Part shown: one piece after another, positions 59,583-64,000 of the stretch
Layout of the letters: every line of letters starts with the position of its first letter
How positions within the stretch are numbered: position 1 is the first letter of the stretch
Assembly (NCBI GenBank): GCA_943354605.1
Contig: CALRCK010000003.1
Span: forward strand, 14,902 to 78,901
Reading direction: 5' to 3'
Length of the DNA stretch: 64,000 nucleotides
Origin: Candidatus Uhrbacteria bacterium
Lineage (GTDB): Bacteria; Patescibacteriota; Patescibacteriia; UBA9934
Translations under genes and position numbers: made by a program
Notes under the pieces: model-generated
The model's database searches: none
Told to the model about the DNA's origin: nothing
The model's input: only the letters and a program-made list of their open reading frames with translations

Positions 59583-60330
59583 ACTTCCCTAATTGTAGCG
59601 CAAGTTGCTCGAAGGCGATTGTGGAATTCCCGTTTCCTGCGATTCGCTCTCGCGTTTTGAGCACCGCATCGAGCGCCTTCGACGTGGCGCGTCCCGATCG
59701 TTCCAGCTCACCAACCAAAGCACCAAGGAGTTCGTCCAGATCCAGAACGTCCCGTTTCCCAAGGCTTTGGGCAACTTTCAGCCGGTCGACGAGGGACGAC
59801 GAGGTAAGGCTTTTCACGTCCTCGAGGCATTCTGACGAAACTGCGCGGTCGAGGTTCGGTGCAAACGGAATGGTGACGGTTCGCGAAAGGACTGTGGGTA
59901 ACATCGCCGAAAGTTCGTGGACCACGAGGATAACAACGGTTTTTCCCGCCGGCTCTTCCAGTGTTTTGAGGAGCGCGTTCTGTGCAGCAACCGATAACAC
60001 GTTTGCGTCGTCGAAGATTGCCACCGTCCGGCCATGAACCGCCGATTGACCGAGCCTGGTCAGCGCGTCACGAATATCGTCCAAATCGTAGGCTTTCGAT
60101 CCGGAATCGCGCACAATCGGCACCATGGCAATGAAGTCCGGATGCCGCGAAAGCTCGTCATTCGACACGCCAAGCAGTGCCGCGGCGAGCGCTCGGGCAA
60201 CCGTCGCCTTCCCTGAATGCTCAGCCCCAGCAAGCACCAAACCGTGCGGAACCGTGTCGCGATTCAGCATGCTCAAAAGTGCCGAAATCTGCGGTTTATG
60301 GCCGGAAATATGCGAAAAGTTGTCCATCAT
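59575..60330 (-). CDS. holB: DNA polymerase III delta-prime-like clamp loader subunit
   Basis: ISGH, G.EHSGK, HPDF, AQNALLKTLEEP, LPTVLSR; short and lacks the Zn cysteines. Confidence 0.8.
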   Translation of the reverse strand: MMDNFSHISGHKPQISALLSMLNRDTVPHGLVLAGAEHSGKATVARALAAALLGVSNDELSRHPDFIAMVPIVRDSGSKAYDLDDIRDALTRLGQSAVHGRTVAIFDDANVLSVAAQNALLKTLEEPAGKTVVILVVHELSAMLPTVLSRTVTIPFAPNLDRAVSSECLEDVKSLTSSSLVDRLKVAQSLGKRDVLDLDELLGALVGELERSGRATSKALDAVLKTRERIAGNGNSTIAFEQLALQLGKYE

Positions 60331-60334
60331 ATGC

Positions 60335-60363
60335 TTGACTTTTCGTGACTTTTCTGCTATTCT
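60335..60363 (+). promoter_or_regulatory. Sigma70-like promoter
   Basis: TTGACT-17-TATTCT with TG extension; TGACTTTTC repeated twice. Confidence 0.6.
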
Positions 60364-60439
60364 ACCCGGTTCGCTTTGTTTCCGATAGGAGACGAATGCG
60401 GCCCATCCACCCAACCCTGTTCCTGCCCGGAGTTTCCGC

Positions 60440-60868
60440 ATGACCACTCTTCCCGACGACACCGTTACCACCCCCGCCACCGATGGCGCCGCGATCAGCG
60501 ACGAACTCACGATACCGATCGATCCAGCCAAGGCCGCGCGCATCGCCGCGATCAACGCTGAGGAAGATCGGCTCGGCAAGATCGTGGCTCAGAAGGCGAA
60601 GGCTGTCCGCGACGAGGAGTTTTTCCGCCGCACGCCGTGGTGGATGATCCCCACCTCCGAAGAGCAGAAGGCCAAGCGGAAGGAGGCGGCGGCGTTCGAG
60701 GTGGATCTCGCAACGGCCATGTACAGCGGCATCCCCTTCAACCAGATCCCGAACCCGGTCTCGAACCGTGGGAAGGAAGCGAAGGCGATGCGCGAGGCTG
60801 CCGAGAAGCGCGAGAAGCGCCGCACGGCCGACAAGGCCCGTCGCGACCGCAAGCGCGCCAACACGTAG
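60440..60868 (+). CDS. Hypothetical protein (orphan, basic C-terminus)
   Basis: GC-rich codons, own promoter, GGAG upstream. Confidence 0.7.
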   Translation: MTTLPDDTVTTPATDGAAISDELTIPIDPAKAARIAAINAEEDRLGKIVAQKAKAVRDEEFFRRTPWWMIPTSEEQKAKRKEAAAFEVDLATAMYSGIPFNQIPNPVSNRGKEAKAMREAAEKREKRRTADKARRDRKRANT

Positions 60869-61030
60869 AGGTTCCACCGTTCCGCACCCACGCCCACAAC
60901 CACAACGCGGTTCATCAGACGAACCATCACGCACGGAGATTCCAGGAGAATTTCCGTCGCCCCGAGTGCATGAAGATATTCGTGCCCTCAGTGCGAGATA
61001 TCGCAAATTGAAATCAAAACGACTTTAGAC

Positions 61031-61158
61031 AGAGAACCTTCCCAGTTTAGTCCAGTTTCGGTGCGCGACGAAGATTGGATCGTCAAGGCGTACTTCATGG
61101 TACGCCGTCGATACAATCGAGGAGCAAGCCGAAAATGGGCAAACTGGGAAGGTTCTCT
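61031..61158 (+). repeat. ~127-bp structured palindrome (copy D)
   Basis: agagaaccttcccagttt/aaactgggaaggttctct closing stem, apex ggcgtacttcatggtacgcc. Confidence 0.8.
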
Positions 61159-61166
61159 CTAGAGTT

Positions 61167-61318
61167 CTGGAGGCGGAGAGATGGCTATTGTCCACAAGTA
61201 ATTTTGTGCACTCTAGCCGACACGCCAGCGGACGATTGGGTTTCGACTCACCCGTTCCACAGAGGTGGGTCATGGCGTACATCAACTTCGGCTGATCACT
61301 TCGCCCGATCCCCTCCAG
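61167..61318 (-). ncRNA. Candidate structured ncRNA, 6S-like
   Basis: TACAAT -10 at 61320-61325; closing stem, central bubble and apical stems visible by eye. Confidence 0.4.
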
Positions 61319-61336
61319 TATTGTATAGAGAACATC

Positions 61337-61365
61337 AAAACCCCCGACATGCTTTGGGGGTTTTG
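61337..61365. terminator. Terminator after the TrmB-like gene
   Basis: aaaacccccga-catgctt-tgggggtttt. Confidence 0.7.
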
Positions 61366-61369
61366 GTTT

Positions 61370-62101
61370 TCACTGCTTCATCCCACTCCATTCCTCAATC
61401 TTCCCGGCGGTGTGCCAGGCAAGCTCGAGGGTGGCGCGGCAGACGTCGGCGATGGCTTGGGAGCGGATTTCAATAGCGACGGGAGTATGAGCAAAAGACA
61501 ACAGAAGCACACGGTCAGCGCGAACACGAATCTCCCCGCTCACTGAGAGCACCGAGTGCGGAATGTACCGAACGTCCTCAAGCGCGGTCAGTGATATTCC
61601 ATCCACGACAACAATGCTCTTCATCCGTTTCGCGGAGTCGGACGCAATACGACGAGGCGTTTCAGAAAACAACTGAATGCCATCGCCAGGAAGAAGTTCA
61701 AATTCGCAACACGCCACCGTAATGTCTTCTTCGGTATCGATGTACCGCACTGCAGAACATAACCCACCACCAATTGACGAAAGTGCCTGCAAATTCGGGA
61801 GCAGTGATTCAAATCGTTCGAGCCGCGATGCGCACGTTCGTCGCTGCTCCTCTAACTTCTCGCGAATTGTCATTGGCGATTGCATGACAAACGTCTTTTC
61901 CTTTCCAGAACTCTTCGACCGCGCCAAACCATGATGAACGAGCGACATCATCACGTCGTGCGCCGTTGGTCGTGCTAACGAAAATCGCTCACCAACTTCT
62001 CGCGCAGTCATTTCCCCCTTTTGTGCTAGGAGAACGTACGCTTGGGCAATGCGCTCAGAAAATCCAAGCGTCGTCAGTGCATCAACGAGTTCTGTCATCA
62101 T
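61370..62101 (-). CDS. TrmB-family transcriptional regulator
   Basis: L..LGFSE..A.AY..L...G..TA.EV....L.RPT.H HTH, then coiled coil. Confidence 0.85.
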   Translation of the reverse strand: MMTELVDALTTLGFSERIAQAYVLLAQKGEMTAREVGERFSLARPTAHDVMMSLVHHGLARSKSSGKEKTFVMQSPMTIREKLEEQRRTCASRLERFESLLPNLQALSSIGGGLCSAVRYIDTEEDITVACCEFELLPGDGIQLFSETPRRIASDSAKRMKSIVVVDGISLTALEDVRYIPHSVLSVSGEIRVRADRVLLLSFAHTPVAIEIRSQAIADVCRATLELAWHTAGKIEEWSGMKQ

Positions 62102-62166
62102 ATGCTCTCAGTATGCAAAAAGAGCCGAATGGCTCTTGTGCATGAACGAAAAAAGTTGTTCGATGA

Positions 62167-63306
62167 TTACCGAATAGCGACGGCGCGTCGCAACGCTTTC
62201 CAAGTTTCTGCCGCGGTAGCTTCCCACGAAAATTTCTGTGCCTGTATAAATCCACGGGAACGATATTCTTCTCGCTTTTCGGTATCAACCATCAACACGA
62301 GCGCCGCCGACAGCGCAGCCACATCGTTCGGCGACACCAAAACCGCCGCTTGTCCGCACACCTCGCGCATCACGGCAATATTCGACGCAATCACCGGCGC
62401 GCCATGTTCCATCGCCTCAAGAACAGGAATACCGAATCCTTCAGCCACCGACGGGAACGCAAAGCACATTGCATGCGCAAGAAGCTTCGATGCATCGTGG
62501 TCGGAAATGTATCCGGGGAGGCGAACCGAATCTGCAATTTTCTCTTCGGCAATTGCGCGACGGATGTCTGCCTCGCCATAGCCAAACGATCCCGCAAGCA
62601 CTAACACATACGGGCTCCCCGCGCCGTACTTGCGTTTCAACGCCGCAAATGCACGGATGAGGAGAACCGTGTTTTTCTTTTTCTCCAAACGGCTGATCGA
62701 AAGAATGTATTGTCCGGAAGTGATCTGTAATTTACGCAAGAGGTCTGAAGCCTGCTGGATCCCCGCCTGCGCGGGGATGACGGAAAGGGTAGGCGCGAGC
62801 GGCGTGACAACAATCCGATCGGATGCAACGTGATAGTGCGATTCAAGGTCGGCTTTCGTGGCGTTCGATGGCGTCAGTAAAACTTTGGCTCGCCGAATGG
62901 CATTCTGCACTGCAAGCTCTTGCCGCTGACGCGAGGCCGGATCGTAGACTTGAGGATTCATCGCGAATGCAACGTCGTGGATGGTGGTGACGACCGGAAT
63001 CGATTTCGGTGCAAGCAAAGAAATTTCATGTGCAGGAACAAATACCACGCTTGGCCGATGCATCATAAGTTCGAACCCAAGCCGAAAGTGTGTCCAGCCT
63101 TTTGGAAGAAAAAACGGGAGAACTTTCCAGGACCAACCTTGCGGGAGATCGATCCCAGCCGGAATCGAACGAACGTACAACAGGACGTTCTCATCAGCTT
63201 CGAGCGGCATTTTCATCATCGCACTCAATAAAAAATACACGTAACGCTCAACGCCAGTCGGATTCAATCGTGTCAGCGCATTCGCATCAATGCCGTATGT
63301 TTTCAT
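62167..63306 (-). CDS. Glycosyltransferase family 4
   Basis: TGVERY, TIHD, KKN, FPS..EGFGIPVLEAM, FSWE. Confidence 0.95.
   Translation of the reverse strand: MKTYGIDANALTRLNPTGVERYVYFLLSAMMKMPLEADENVLLYVRSIPAGIDLPQGWSWKVLPFFLPKGWTHFRLGFELMMHRPSVVFVPAHEISLLAPKSIPVVTTIHDVAFAMNPQVYDPASRQRQELAVQNAIRRAKVLLTPSNATKADLESHYHVASDRIVVTPLAPTLSVIPAQAGIQQASDLLRKLQITSGQYILSISRLEKKKNTVLLIRAFAALKRKYGAGSPYVLVLAGSFGYGEADIRRAIAEEKIADSVRLPGYISDHDASKLLAHAMCFAFPSVAEGFGIPVLEAMEHGAPVIASNIAVMREVCGQAAVLVSPNDVAALSAALVLMVDTEKREEYRSRGFIQAQKFSWEATAAETWKALRRAVAIR
62755..62781 (-). repeat. 27-bp palindromic repeat inside the glycosyltransferase gene
   Basis: Identical to the secA copy; translated VIPAQAGIQ. Confidence 0.9.
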
Positions 63307-63315
63307 ACGAATCGA

Positions 63316-64000
63316 TTATGCCGTAAACAAGCTTCGTTTGTAAGACTCAAGATTCTCAAGAGCCAAACCTGTTCCCTTTGCCACGCAAAGCTGAGGGTCT
63401 TCCGCGAGATACGTTGGCACGCCGGTGGCTTCGGCGATTAAACGGTCGAGGTTGCGGAGCTGGGACGATCCACCGGAGATGACAATGCCTTTATCCATCA
63501 CGTCAGCAGAAAGTTCTGGAGGAGTAACCGTGAGCACTTCTTTGAGTGTCGACAAAATTCCCTCAAGGAGCGGCTGAATTGCTTCCGTGACGTCGTCTGA
63601 TGTGACTTCGATGATCTTTGGCAAGCCCGTAATCATGTCGCGGCCCTTCACTTCCATGCGAAGCTTATCGGTAAGGTACATCGCGGAGCCGCAACGAATC
63701 TTGATGTCTTCAGCAGTGCGCTCGCCAATCGCCAGACCGTATGTTCGACGGATATGTTCCATGATGGCTTGATCCATCTTTACACCACCGATACGAACTG
63801 ATGTTGAGGCGACAATTCCACCAAGAGAAATAACCGCCATCTCGCTCGTACCGCCACCAATTTCCACAATCATGTGACCATTCGGCGAACCGATGGGAAT
63901 ATTCGCGCCGATAGCGGCGACAATCGGCTGCTTGATGATATATGCGCTCTTTGCACCAGCAGAGATTGCGGCGTCGACGACCGCGCGCCGCTCGGTGGAA
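63316..64000 (-). CDS. mreB: Rod shape-determining protein MreB/Mbl (5' end outside the window)
   Basis: TERRAV, IGGGTSEMAVISLGG, IGERTAE.IK, VKGRD..TGLP, TPPELSAD, CVAKGTG. Confidence 0.95.
   Translation of the reverse strand, partial: STERRAVVDAAISAGAKSAYIIKQPIVAAIGANIPIGSPNGHMIVEIGGGTSEMAVISLGGIVASTSVRIGGVKMDQAIMEHIRRTYGLAIGERTAEDIKIRCGSAMYLTDKLRMEVKGRDMITGLPKIIEVTSDDVTEAIQPLLEGILSTLKEVLTVTPPELSADVMDKGIVISGGSSQLRNLDRLIAEATGVPTYLAEDPQLCVAKGTGLALENLESYKRSLFTA

Noticed and set aside
61188-61196. DnaA-box-like TTGTCCACA suggesting oriC
   Set aside because: Single imperfect box with no cluster, no AT-rich unwinding region and no dnaA/dnaN nearby.

Overview
Bacterial chromosome segment, mostly minus-strand housekeeping genes: secA, murC, hpf, murB, glyA, folD, uvrA, uvrB, pyrH, rplU, rpmB, rpmG, pyrD, tpiA, frr, a holB-like gene, a partial mreB, and four tRNAs. 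Gene style (compact, weak or absent Shine-Dalgarno sites, many short orphan and membrane proteins) suggests a Patescibacteria/CPR genome read in code 11; this is inference only. The main accessory feature is a ~6.75 kb integrative element at tRNA-Trp (about 23248-30003). It carries a large serine recombinase, a membrane protein, a rolling-circle-type Rep, a 56-aa protein, an ImmA/IrrE-like protease, a Bro-N protein, an XRE repressor and one cargo orphan. Its attachment site lies inside the 3' end of the recombinase gene. Integrated, the enzyme ends in a 10-aa tail read antisense through the tRNA. The stranded in-frame alternative tail (42 aa) sits at the far end of the element, so excision should swap the C-terminus. 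Other notable signals: two unrelated orphan genes flanked by identical promoter and hairpin modules, several palindromic repeat families (one inserted in-frame in secA, uvrB and a glycosyltransferase), a covarying ~127-bp hairpin family, a 6S-like RNA candidate, an attenuator-like leader, and an HExxH protein between uvrB and uvrA. All calls come from motif recognition by eye; no searches were run.
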